A stretch of 64,000 nucleotides of DNA, from IMG/VR virus record IMGVR_UViG_3300024331_000007, positions 256,001 through 320,000 of that record, one strand, 5' to 3'. This document shows positions 34,752-45,600 of the stretch, piece after piece. The notes beneath the pieces are model-generated. The model was not told the DNA's origin and searched no databases. It was given only the letters and a program-made list of their open reading frames with translations. Within the stretch, counting starts at the first letter, position 1, and each line of letters opens with the position of its first letter. This DNA is from a virus. Taxonomy: Duplodnaviria; Caudoviricetes. The position numbers and the translations under genes were made by a program.

Positions 34752-37700
34752 ATGGCAACTACTGCACTTCAAGCAACAACAAACTTTGGTGTACAAAATT
34801 GGCAAGCCATATATGAGGCTTTCAATAATCCAGATTTAGCGTCTTACGATTTCGAAACTCTCCGTCAATCGATGCTAAACTACCTTCAGAAGTATAATCC
34901 TGAAAATTACAATGATTACATAAATTCTTCAGAATACGTTGCCCTCGTAGATTTGATTGCCTATATGGGTCAGGCAATGTCTTTTCGATTTGACCTGAAC
35001 GCTCGTGAAAGTTTCCTCTCCACCGCCCAAACACGCAATGCTATCAACGCATTGGCAAACCTCGTAAACTATACGCCATCTCGAAACCTTTGCGCCAATG
35101 GATACTTAAAGATTTTGAATATCAGCATCAACGAAGATGTGTACGATACCCTCGGAAATAATTTGAATGGGATCGGTATTAATTGGAATGATGCAACAAA
35201 CCGCAACTGGCAAGATCAGTGGAATACAATTATCAATGCTGTTCTAACTAGTTCACAAACAGTCGGAAGTCCCGGTAATTCACAGGTAATCAACGGAATT
35301 GATTATTCTGAGTACGGTTTGGCTTGCGCTACAGGTCAGTTTCCTCCATATCCATTTACTGCCACAGTTGATAACTCAAATATGAACTTTGAGGCTGTCA
35401 ATCCAACAAGCGTTGGCAAAACATTCATCTACGAAGTTGATCCAAACGATTCCACCTCCACTTTCAATTTGCTTTTTGAAAATGACGGTCTTGGTTTCAA
35501 CAGCATCAATACTGGATACTTCTTATATTTCAAGCAGGGCGTTCTCGGTTCTCAGTCGTTCTCGCTCGTTAATGCATTACCAAATGCTATTGTTAGTCTA
35601 TCCGCCACAGGTGTCAACAATACCGACGTTTGGTTGTATCAAGTTAACAGTGACGGAACACTAACTCAGTGGACTCAGGTTCAAGCAATCTACGGCGAAA
35701 ATACCTCGTTCAATAACTTACCTGCGTCTGATCAAACAATTTTTTCAATTGCGAATGGTAACAACGATTCCATCTCGCTTGTCTTCGGGGATGGTGTCTT
35801 CGGCGCTATCCCACAAGGCAACTTCATTTGTTTCATGCGTAGTTCAAATGGATTGTCTTATCGAATTAATCCAAGCGAAATGAGCAATATTACTCTTGCC
35901 ATTCCTTACAACAGCAAAACAAATCGTTCACAGATTCTGACTGTTCGTGCCAGCCTTCAGTACACAGTTGGTAACAGTGCGGGAACTGAAACGCTTGCAA
36001 ACATAAAACTAAAGGCACCTCAAAGCTATTATTCACAAAATCGTATGGTGAATGGTCAGGACTATAACAGTTTTCCATTCACACAGTACAGCAACATTCT
36101 CCAGATCAAAGCTGTAAATCGTACAAGCAGCGGTGTGAGTCGTTATCTTGATGTTATCGACCCCACTGGAAAATTCAGCAGTACAAATATTTTCTGCAAT
36201 GATGGTTACATGTATCTTGATTCTAGCATCGTTACCAATAATTTCAGCTATACAAATCTGAACACTCTTGCCAGTATCATTGAGACACAAATTACAGCTA
36301 TGATTTCTGCCAGCAGCACTCTAAGCTTCATTTATAACAATTATCCTCAATTCCAGCCATCTTCGGGAATACCACAGTGGAACATGGTTCTTACTGATAA
36401 TACCAGCAGTAGTGGATGGCTTGGTAATGTCGCCGTTGGCCAGAATAACTCCCTCATGACCATCAACGATGCCGCCTTCAGTAGCGTCACAACTGCAAAT
36501 GCATCTGTTCTTGTTCCCGGCGCATTAATTGTGTTTACGGCTCCGAGTGGATTTGTATTCGATCAAAATAACAATCTGATTGTTGGGAACACAAGTCTTC
36601 CCGGTTTGAATCAGAAAACAACTATCTACGCCACTATCTCAGGAACACCTGTAAATGCAGGTATCGGTAACAGTGTTGAAGGGAATGGTGTTAATGTTGA
36701 TGGAACTGGTGCCATCCAACTAAACCAAAAGGTTCCGTCAGGGGCGATCCTAACATCTATCTATCCATTCTATTCTCCTGTATTGCCATCCAGCATTCTA
36801 CAGAACCTTATTACCTACATTTCTTCAGGGAAAGCGGTTGCTTTGTATTTTAATCCATATCTCGTTGGAACTGGCATCGCTAATTGCTGGTCATTGGTAA
36901 CTAGCCCAACCTTCCCATTGAATTTCAATCCCGCAACGTATGGCTCATCGTTTGTTCCACCAAGTAATGTCACAGCCACCCCAACAAACAGTTGGTTGCT
37001 GGCGTTTGTCCCGAGCATTACAAATAATTTTGTTGTGTATCAACAAAGCAACTCATACTTTTTTGGCAGTCAGAAGCAGACTTCATTCTACTTTGATTCT
37101 AACTCAAAGGTATTCGATCCAGTTAATGCTACTACACTCAGCGATCAAATTACAGTACTGAAGACGAATCCAGCGCCTGTCACAACCACAAATCTCGGTC
37201 TTACAAATGACGTTCCTGTTGACATTTTTGCAACAGTGAATGAAATAAATGGAACTTTGGACAGCAGTCGCGTGGGCATCCAATACGCCGACCTTGCTTC
37301 TAATGGAGTACCATCCGATCCTTCTTTCTTTACTGAGGTTGTGGGAGCTAACCCTGTTGCGAACAACAGTTATGTGTTTTTTGTCACTGACAATTCACAG
37401 AGCACCACAACACTAATTCCATCTGGTCCCGATGCTGTTGTAATTGTCAGTACCCCAAGCATTATTAACAACAACCTATACACATATGCGAACGGTACTA
37501 TTATTTTCTGTATATCGAACCAGACATTCTATCAAATTAGCCGTATAGGAAGTCTCGCCTCTAAGAAGACTCTGAACAATCCCGGTGATACGCTTACCTA
37601 TAGTTTCTTTGTTGGCCGTCAAGATTTGAAATTCCAGTATCAACACAATGCAGCCGATACTCGCCGCATTGATCCAAGTCCAGCAAACCTCATTGACATT

Positions 37701-38240
37701 TACGTGCTGGAGCAGAGCTACGCAACAGCCTATCAGCAATGGATTACTGATACTACTGGTCAGGTTCAGGAGCCAACTCCTCCAACAACCGAAACATTAA
37801 GCAACGACTTCTCCAACTTGAATAACTTCAAGATGGTCAGCGACGAACTTATCTTTAACAGCGCACAGTTTGTTCCATTGTTTGGTTCTAAGGCAACCCC
37901 TGAACTTCAAGCGACCATTGTCGTCGTTGCCAACACAAACTCGCCAATCAGTTCTGGTGAAATTGCAAGCCAAGTCATTACTGCGATCAACAATTATTTT
38001 GCCATTGGTAATTTCAGTTTTGGTCAAACTTTTTATTGGTCACAACTCAGCAACTTCATTCTTAGCCAGCTTGGAAACATCATAAATGCCATCAACCTTG
38101 TTCCTACTGCTGGAAATCTAAATTATGGTGCATTGGAACAGATTACCTGTAATCCATTCGAAATCTTCATTAGCAGCGCGACAGTTCAGAATGTTTCGGT
38201 TGTTTCGGCACTAAATAATCTTAACCTACGCATTAGTTAA
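34752..38240 (+). CDS. gp6: Baseplate wedge subunit
   Basis: ASYDFETLRQSM..YL...NDY..SSE..L.DLIAY...RESFL.TAQ.R; ETL..IK..AP..Y.SQNRMV...DY; start 34752, 5 nt after TAAATA. Confidence 0.9.
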   Translation: MATTALQATTNFGVQNWQAIYEAFNNPDLASYDFETLRQSMLNYLQKYNPENYNDYINSSEYVALVDLIAYMGQAMSFRFDLNARESFLSTAQTRNAINALANLVNYTPSRNLCANGYLKILNISINEDVYDTLGNNLNGIGINWNDATNRNWQDQWNTIINAVLTSSQTVGSPGNSQVINGIDYSEYGLACATGQFPPYPFTATVDNSNMNFEAVNPTSVGKTFIYEVDPNDSTSTFNLLFENDGLGFNSINTGYFLYFKQGVLGSQSFSLVNALPNAIVSLSATGVNNTDVWLYQVNSDGTLTQWTQVQAIYGENTSFNNLPASDQTIFSIANGNNDSISLVFGDGVFGAIPQGNFICFMRSSNGLSYRINPSEMSNITLAIPYNSKTNRSQILTVRASLQYTVGNSAGTETLANIKLKAPQSYYSQNRMVNGQDYNSFPFTQYSNILQIKAVNRTSSGVSRYLDVIDPTGKFSSTNIFCNDGYMYLDSSIVTNNFSYTNLNTLASIIETQITAMISASSTLSFIYNNYPQFQPSSGIPQWNMVLTDNTSSSGWLGNVAVGQNNSLMTINDAAFSSVTTANASVLVPGALIVFTAPSGFVFDQNNNLIVGNTSLPGLNQKTTIYATISGTPVNAGIGNSVEGNGVNVDGTGAIQLNQKVPSGAILTSIYPFYSPVLPSSILQNLITYISSGKAVALYFNPYLVGTGIANCWSLVTSPTFPLNFNPATYGSSFVPPSNVTATPTNSWLLAFVPSITNNFVVYQQSNSYFFGSQKQTSFYFDSNSKVFDPVNATTLSDQITVLKTNPAPVTTTNLGLTNDVPVDIFATVNEINGTLDSSRVGIQYADLASNGVPSDPSFFTEVVGANPVANNSYVFFVTDNSQSTTTLIPSGPDAVVIVSTPSIINNNLYTYANGTIIFCISNQTFYQISRIGSLASKKTLNNPGDTLTYSFFVGRQDLKFQYQHNAADTRRIDPSPANLIDIYVLEQSYATAYQQWITDTTGQVQEPTPPTTETLSNDFSNLNNFKMVSDELIFNSAQFVPLFGSKATPELQATIVVVANTNSPISSGEIASQVITAINNYFAIGNFSFGQTFYWSQLSNFILSQLGNIINAINLVPTAGNLNYGALEQITCNPFEIFISSATVQNVSVVSALNNLNLRIS

Positions 38241-38249
38241 AGAGGTATC

Positions 38250-41200
38250 ATGAAGAAAATTTTATCAGCAATTTTATTGGTTGTAGCATCTGTTGTTGGC
38301 GTAGCAAACGCCCAACAGCCACAAACCTCAACGGCCCCCCTTAGCTCTACCAACGTCAAGTATAATAATGGCGTCGGTAACGGATATTGGCCGACCAAGG
38401 GTACTGGACTTGTGCTTAATGTAGCTGCTGGTACGAGCTATTGCTCTGGTGCAATTTCTACTTATGCTGGTGGAACGCTCACGTTAACAGATAATTCAAC
38501 TAATTATGTATTTCTTAGCTCAAGTTGTGTTTTGGGTTTTAATACAACTGGTTTTGTAGCTGGTAATGTTCCTATCGCTGTTGTAACTACAGTAAGTGGA
38601 GCTATTACGACAATCCAAGATGACAGAACTATGTTTGCGTCAATTCCAACCTCTGGCGCAGGAAATTTACCTAATTTTGTTCCTGTAACTATCAATCTCG
38701 GCGATTCTCTTGCATTGGTTGAACAACAAAATGTAGATATGACCTCTAATACATCCTGCGATGGTGTGACTTGTTTTGATACTACCACCAATCCTTCGTA
38801 TTACTATGTAGGTCAATGGTACAACCACTATGGGCAAATTGCAACTGTATGTACCACTGGTAACACCACAGGAGGTTCAAACCCTTGCTTGGTATTCAGC
38901 CCATCCTGTATGGAATTTTCTTTCGTGCAGGTAACAGCAATTGTTGGTAATCAGATTTTTTACAAGGAATCAGACACGGTTACTCCCACACTAGCTGGAT
39001 GCACAGGTGTTGTATCAGGATCAGGCGGAGCCAACCAAGATGCCACATACATGTGGCCAATGCAGTTGTCTAACTATCCTATCATAACTAATGGCGGCAC
39101 AGCTACGCCCGTAACAAAAAATAGAGCATGGCCCGGTGAAAATATTGATACAGGCGCTTCTAACATCACCGCAAAAGTCAGCGATTATGCTCCAAATACT
39201 ACACATGTTCCTGCACAGGTCATTTTGGATTGGCAAAGCGTGTGTTCTAACAGCGAAGCAGACTATAAATCCGCAACCCAGACCATCTGGACTGGTTTAC
39301 ATTCGATGGGGTTCAAGGTTGTACAATTAACCTTGTTTTATGGTGTTCCAACCATTTGTGGAATCAGCGTAGGAGATAACAGTCAATTCGTAATCGACAT
39401 CAATAATTGGTTCAGACAGCACCAATGCGGCTACCACGCTAGCTATCTTGGCACCACAGCTTGCGCTGATTCAGTAATTGATATCGCGTCTTATGGTGTA
39501 AGCAACACTGCGTTGTTTCAACAAGGACCTCCGTTCTCCCCACATATGACCAATGCAGGAGGTATTTTAACAGCCTCGGTGATAGCTAACGGGTTAATGT
39601 TGGGTAACCTAAATTCAAACGGTGTACCTAACTTTGGACAAAACAACTATTATGGCTATCAAATTGCGCCGGGATTCCAATTTGGTTCACAGCAATTTAC
39701 TGCTAACACTCCCGCTGGTGAAATTGAAGTAGGATTTGGCAGATATTTCAACCTAGCATTCAGTGGAAGTCACTTCACTTATCTATCGCGCTCTGGACCA
39801 TGTTTTGTTCACAACACTGATAGTGGTGGAGATACAGATTATTTTGCCAGCCCTGATAACTGTATTACTGGAGATAACCGTTATACCCATACACTTGACA
39901 TCGGAAGTGGTGGTGTTGAACCATTTGCGCTTAATCAAAATGACGATACAGGTAACATAGCTTTTGGTCAGGTATATCCGCATCAATTTACCGGGGGCAA
40001 TCCTGCTTATGTCAAAAACGGTCAGATATTCTACCGTTCCGATTTGAACCAGTGGTGTCAGTATACTAGCAGCAGTACTACAGTTTGTGGATGGGGTTCC
40101 AGTAGTGGTGGTGCGTTAAATGGCACGGTTACATACACTAGCTCACAAACAGCAAGTATCGGTGACAACGGAAAACTTGTCATAATGAATTGCTCCAGTG
40201 CATGCTCGTATGCTCTACCTGCGAGTCAGCCATCTACAACATGGGTAGTTTGGGTTCAGAGTGTAGGTAGCACTGTAGCCACTATTACTCTTGCTGGTGG
40301 TGACACATATAATGGAACAGCGGGTGTACCTGTACTTAACTCTTTCAGGCCAATACAAATATTTGCCAACACCACTACGGCGACTGACTACAGAGGTGAT
40401 GCACCTATTACTGCTACAACTCCGATTGTGATTACACCATCAGCCAATGGATTCAACGTGGCTTGTCCTTCTTGCTCTACTGGCGGCGGAACAACAATCA
40501 ACTTGCCAAGCAATAGTTCAGTGGGATCGCTCACTGTTACTGGCGAAGTTCCGTTGCTGTTGAGCGATACTTCAGGAAGCGGAACATCACAAACAGCCAC
40601 AAGTTCTCCAACATTTACTCCTGCTAATGGAGTTTGCTGGACTTATCAGACCACAACAGCTAATACTAGCACTGCCTTGACGGTCAGTATCAATGGTCTG
40701 AGTAAGAGTGTTGCTGTCTCTGGTACAAGCGGCTGGACTACTACACTAACAACTGGACAAGTTCCCGCTAACGAACCATTAAAGATGTGTTATGACGGCA
40801 CTAACTACAATGTGTTCGCTACTGGCATTCTTCCAGCAAGCGGCGGAGGTGGAGCTTGTATGACTCCGATCACTGTCACTACTACAGGGTCTGCTGCCAA
40901 CATGAATTTTCCAACCATACCGGGTACTTGTCAGAAGCTGATATTTGACTGTCAGGTGTCATCTAATGACGGCTCTGGTGGTCACAACGTATTCATGACA
41001 GTCAATGGAGATGCCGCTGGTGGTAACGCTCACTATGATTGGGTAGTACTTGATGGAGGTTACTCGCAGAGCCCCGTAGTCGCGTCGGCGCAGAATGATC
41101 AAGATTCATGGCTGGTGGGCTTCACCATCAGGCGAGACGGTGGGTTCCCGATCTTTACCGTGGAGATTCCACAGTATACCTTCGGATTTGCTAGCTACTT

Positions 41201-41372
41201 TGCTAGATACGTTGAACCATGCTACACTACCAGCCCCGCTTGTCATGGACGACTACATGTAGATTCTGTTGGTGGAGAATACCGAGGTGGCGGAGCAGTT
41301 ACCTCGGCCAACATCTTCGTAAGTGGTGACACATTCTTCGACGGCTCGAAGTGCACAGTGCACGGTGAATAA
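38250..41372 (+). CDS. Signal-peptide-bearing, Cys/Thr-rich protein with SGNH/GDSL hydrolase-like domain
   Basis: MKKILSAILLVVASVVGVANA signal peptide; NLGDSL motif; SPHMTNAG...ASVIA C-terminal His block. Confidence 0.55.
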   Translation: MKKILSAILLVVASVVGVANAQQPQTSTAPLSSTNVKYNNGVGNGYWPTKGTGLVLNVAAGTSYCSGAISTYAGGTLTLTDNSTNYVFLSSSCVLGFNTTGFVAGNVPIAVVTTVSGAITTIQDDRTMFASIPTSGAGNLPNFVPVTINLGDSLALVEQQNVDMTSNTSCDGVTCFDTTTNPSYYYVGQWYNHYGQIATVCTTGNTTGGSNPCLVFSPSCMEFSFVQVTAIVGNQIFYKESDTVTPTLAGCTGVVSGSGGANQDATYMWPMQLSNYPIITNGGTATPVTKNRAWPGENIDTGASNITAKVSDYAPNTTHVPAQVILDWQSVCSNSEADYKSATQTIWTGLHSMGFKVVQLTLFYGVPTICGISVGDNSQFVIDINNWFRQHQCGYHASYLGTTACADSVIDIASYGVSNTALFQQGPPFSPHMTNAGGILTASVIANGLMLGNLNSNGVPNFGQNNYYGYQIAPGFQFGSQQFTANTPAGEIEVGFGRYFNLAFSGSHFTYLSRSGPCFVHNTDSGGDTDYFASPDNCITGDNRYTHTLDIGSGGVEPFALNQNDDTGNIAFGQVYPHQFTGGNPAYVKNGQIFYRSDLNQWCQYTSSSTTVCGWGSSSGGALNGTVTYTSSQTASIGDNGKLVIMNCSSACSYALPASQPSTTWVVWVQSVGSTVATITLAGGDTYNGTAGVPVLNSFRPIQIFANTTTATDYRGDAPITATTPIVITPSANGFNVACPSCSTGGGTTINLPSNSSVGSLTVTGEVPLLLSDTSGSGTSQTATSSPTFTPANGVCWTYQTTTANTSTALTVSINGLSKSVAVSGTSGWTTTLTTGQVPANEPLKMCYDGTNYNVFATGILPASGGGGACMTPITVTTTGSAANMNFPTIPGTCQKLIFDCQVSSNDGSGGHNVFMTVNGDAAGGNAHYDWVVLDGGYSQSPVVASAQNDQDSWLVGFTIRRDGGFPIFTVEIPQYTFGFASYFARYVEPCYTTSPACHGRLHVDSVGGEYRGGGAVTSANIFVSGDTFFDGSKCTVHGE

Positions 41373-41377
41373 TCAGT

Positions 41378-41815
41378 ATGCCTAATAACACATACCAAAC
41401 CGTTTGGAATCCCACGCTCAATGCCTTACCACAGGATGAGCGTGGGTACTACAAACTATCACATATTGCTGCTCCCAATCGTCAATCGGTTGGTCAGCCA
41501 TATTTTCGTGTGTTAAATCAGGTTGCAAATACTCACAGCCCATCAACAGGTCATCCTTGGTCTACAGCCAACATCTCCAACATTCAGTTTTCTGGTCAGG
41601 AAACCCCAATTGGAAACATTGATGGATCAAACAAGAACTACAATCTGAAACATGGCAAGGTCGATCCTGCTACATTCTTTGCCACAGTCAATGACAAGAT
41701 TTTGGTTTCAAATGTTGACTACACCCTCACAGGAGCCACCTTCCAAACCCTGTCCCTGACGAACGCTCCTGCAAAAAGTTCGTGGTTCTATGTCTATTAC
41801 GCTTATGGGGTTTGA
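41378..41815 (+). CDS. Putative structural/tail-associated protein
   Basis: C-terminal module ETPIGNIDGSNKNYNL...DYTLTG resembles repeats in the 2644-aa protein. Confidence 0.6.
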   Translation: MPNNTYQTVWNPTLNALPQDERGYYKLSHIAAPNRQSVGQPYFRVLNQVANTHSPSTGHPWSTANISNIQFSGQETPIGNIDGSNKNYNLKHGKVDPATFFATVNDKILVSNVDYTLTGATFQTLSLTNAPAKSSWFYVYYAYGV

Positions 41816-42489
41816 GATTTTTCCACATCTTTCCTTTTCTTAGTTTCTGAGATTTTTCTTTTAGTTTCATCGGAATGTTTCTTTCCGAAAAAATGATTTT
41901 TAGTTCCTGTGTTGGCCTTGGATATTTTGGCCTTTGTTTCTTCAGTCGCTTTCCGTCCCTTAGATTTTTCTCCGTGTAGTCTCCGCGATTCTTCATCTAA
42001 CCACCGCATATTTTGTCCTTTGGACATATTATGTCGTGTCTCGTCTGAAATAATTTTCCCCTTCTTAACAATCGACATTTTGATTTTTGTTTCTTCGGAA
42101 ATTATCTTTCCAACACTATTTGTATTACCCGTCAACTGCAATGCTATTTTGGTCTTTGTTTCTTCCGAACATTTTCTTCCTACGCAACCTTCTCCACCAT
42201 CCGTTCTATTTTGTAAGCATCCAGTGTTAAGATCAATTCGTCCGTTCAAATGAATTTTTAGCATCTCGGCTTGAAATGCATCGGCTTCATTCATTAGAGA
42301 AGAAACCAAAATATTATTTTTATCGATTGGTGGTTTGGTTCTATGATTTTTAGAATTTACCCTATCTAGTTTGCCCTTTCCGACATAATAAGGAGTTCCA
42401 ACAACTCCATGTTTTGATGTATTAGAGCGCAAATATTCGTATACACAAAATTGCTTATCTTGTGATAATTTTGCCTCATAAATATTCAT
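41803..42489 (-). CDS. GIY-YIG-like homing endonuclease with NUMOD3 repeats
   Basis: VYEYLRS...TPYYVGKG...NRTDGGEG...NHFFGKKHSDETK; opposite strand to the structural operon. Confidence 0.85.
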   Translation of the reverse strand: MNIYEAKLSQDKQFCVYEYLRSNTSKHGVVGTPYYVGKGKLDRVNSKNHRTKPPIDKNNILVSSLMNEADAFQAEMLKIHLNGRIDLNTGCLQNRTDGGEGCVGRKCSEETKTKIALQLTGNTNSVGKIISEETKIKMSIVKKGKIISDETRHNMSKGQNMRWLDEESRRLHGEKSKGRKATEETKAKISKANTGTKNHFFGKKHSDETKRKISETKKRKDVEKSQTP

Positions 42490-42556
42490 AGCTGAAGTCT
42501 CCTTGGGACTTTAGGGCGATTGGGTGCTTCAACACCGCGAATCGCATCTGTATTTA
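42490..42556 (-). promoter_or_regulatory. Late promoter plus structured 5' leader of a homing endonuclease (copy 2)
   Basis: ATAAATAC, stem GCGATT/AATCGC with inner GGTG/CACC, AAGTC/GACTT hairpin over the AAGGAG SD. Confidence 0.65.
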
Positions 42557-42613
42557 TCTCCAAACCACACATTTTACTAGCATAAATATAGTAGGAGCAC
42601 AATTAACCCTCAT

Positions 42614-45600
42614 ATGGCCTTATCAAACACAGTAAATTTTCTACCACCATATCTTCAGACTGTAGCCAACCGTCGCTTCTTCGGGGCAACATTAGATTTG
42701 CTCGTAAATCATCCTCAAATTACACGATTCAATGGCTTTATAGGTAGAAATGTATTCAATGGTGCTGTGTTACCCGGAAACTATCTATTAGAATCCACGC
42801 CTATTCGAAGTGCTTATCAATTAGAAGCCGCGTTCATCACTCGTGACAACAATAACAACATCGTTGAAGTCTCAAACTTCTTAGACCTGCTAAATTCTTG
42901 CGCAAATAAGGACGCCGTCACAAATGCATGGAATCGTTTGCTCACCAACAATATCTATAGCTGGCGCGGGTTTAACAACCTTGACAAAATCATCAACTAC
43001 CAGAACTACTGCTGGATTGCCACAAGCGGAAACGATTGGTACTGGAAGAACAGCATTCTTATTCAGCCAGCAAACACGGTCGCCACTGACATTCTAGGAC
43101 AGGTTTCATATACCGATCCAACAGGGGTAGAACTGCTAGACGGAATGATAATTTCATTCCCAATAACCCAACCTGCTCCATATAATGACGGCGCTGCCTA
43201 CATCGTAGAAGGTATTGGCCAAGAGATTGCTCTTGTTCCAGTAACAAATATTCTGACACCAACATTCGTACAGGATCAGAACAATCCACCTGACTATCTA
43301 ACAATTGAGCGAGACGCTGCTGACTTGAACTTATGGTCAAGAACAAACCTCTGGGTCCACAAAGACACAGTAGATAGCATCATTCAGATTCAAAGCGCCC
43401 GTATTCCAAATTTCGATGTTCCAACCAAGTTTACTCTTGCTAATCGTCCAATCATAGAGTTTGAATCTCTTGTGCTGTTCAATTCTGGCCTTGTTGGATT
43501 ACCAGCAGCGACATATTTTGACAACTCCACCACCGATGCGTTCTACATCGTTCAGGGTCAGACAAATTTTGCAGTTGATGGATTCCAGTTGAATACTGGC
43601 GATTCAGTTATCTTTAATGCTGATCATAACCCAGACATTCGCGACAATGTATACGATGTAAATTTTGTTGATACGACTAGAATAAACCAGATTCGTCGTC
43701 TATATCCAGTTCAGGCACTTTCCACAACAAATATCACATTGGCTGGTTTACAAACTATTGACGGCTATGTCACTCTTCAGGGTGATCGTATTCTCGTACT
43801 TGGTCAAATCGATCAATCCCAGAACGGAATCTATCTTGCTTCTACTATTGGTTGGACTCGCGCCAGCGATTTCACTGGAACTGAGCAGGTTGGAGTTCTA
43901 GTTCTATATGGAACTGAATTTAAGAACACATACTACATTTATACACCAGCAACCATTATTAACAATGCGATGGTCGGTACTCTTTCACCAACAGGTAACG
44001 CTCAGGTGTACACGATGCCATTTACGCCTGATCCAAATTCTCTAATGATTTGGGATAATTTCCCATTGATTCCAGAAGTGGGTTATAGCGTTTCTGGCGA
44101 CACAGTTACATTCGCAACAGCACCGGGCATTGGGGATACTCTCACCTATCAAGGATGGTCGCAAGGAACTGCCCCTGTTACAACACCAGTTTCAGGTTTT
44201 CTAGTTGGCATTCAAGATGGAATCAACAGAGTTTTCACAGTTCCAACACCACCAGATGATAGTACCCTTCTTATTTGGGATAACTTTCCTTTGGTTGAAG
44301 GCGTTGGGTATACTATCGAAGGTCTAACCGTTACGTTTGACGTTGCTCCATCAACTACTGATATTCTATTTTATCAAGCATGGTCTAAGTGGACCCTTAG
44401 CGCAACAATTCCAGTTATTCAGCTTGTGCTTCGTAACACAGCACAACTACAAAACTGTGTCCTTATTACCAGTGGTCAAACCTTCTCCGACAAAATGGTT
44501 GTATGGGACGGATCGTTTTGGGTGGTTGCATCTGAAAATAAATCAGCAATCAATCAGGCACCTCTATTCGATGTATTTGATCTATCTGGAAACAGTTTTG
44601 GAAATGTATCCGTCTATCCAGACACTAGTTTTGCTGGAAGCGAACTATTTTCATATGAGATTGGATCAGGTCCAAATGACATTGTTCTTGGATTCCCTTT
44701 GACATTCGGACCTGTTGGAAATCTTAATGATGTCATCTTTAATAACAACTATGTCACTGACACTTTCTCTTACACAGAAGTAACAACACCACAATTCATT
44801 TCGGATGGTCGAGCACACCTCGTTGATCCACTATCTGATGTTGAAAATATTTTTGATGCTTGGCAATATGTTCCATGTAATTTAGAGTTGTATCAAAATA
44901 TTCTCGTAACTGGTCTTTCAACCATTACATTTGCGGGTAATCTGCTTGTTAAGTCAACCCCAAATACTCAGCAGACGCAGGTATTCGTGGATGGAACTCC
45001 GCTTGCGCCATCTAATTATACTGTAACCCAAGCCAACGGAAATATCACTGTTACATTAGCCACGGCAATTGAAAGTACTAACGAAGTTGTAATTAAAATT
45101 TTGAGTACAACTCCAATACCGGGTGCATGGTATGATGTCCCCCCAGCCTTCGATCATAACCCATTGGGGGTCATGCTTACAACATTCAATATGGGTGAAC
45201 TGCGTCTTCATGCTCAGACTGAACAAAATAATGCCAACGACACATCAGGAATCGTTGATTTGTTCCGTAACGAATATGCTGGAGTACCGGGAAGCATCCT
45301 ATTTCAAGAAGCAGTAAGCATACTTCCAACATTAATGTTGTGCAACAAGACATTCGACCTTGATCAATCGCTTCGAACAGCGGGAGAAGATTACAACTTA
45401 TTCAAGCAGCGATTTCTGAACATTTCAACCCAGATTCCAAACGTCAATAATTTGACTGTTAAACAAGCGGTTGATCAAGTTCTTCAGAAAATTGCAGCAT
45501 CATTTATTACAGGTCAGCCGTGGGCAACAAGTGACATGTGCTATTGGGGAGGTACGCCACAAACAATCAGCGTAACCAATCCACATCTTACAACATTCAA

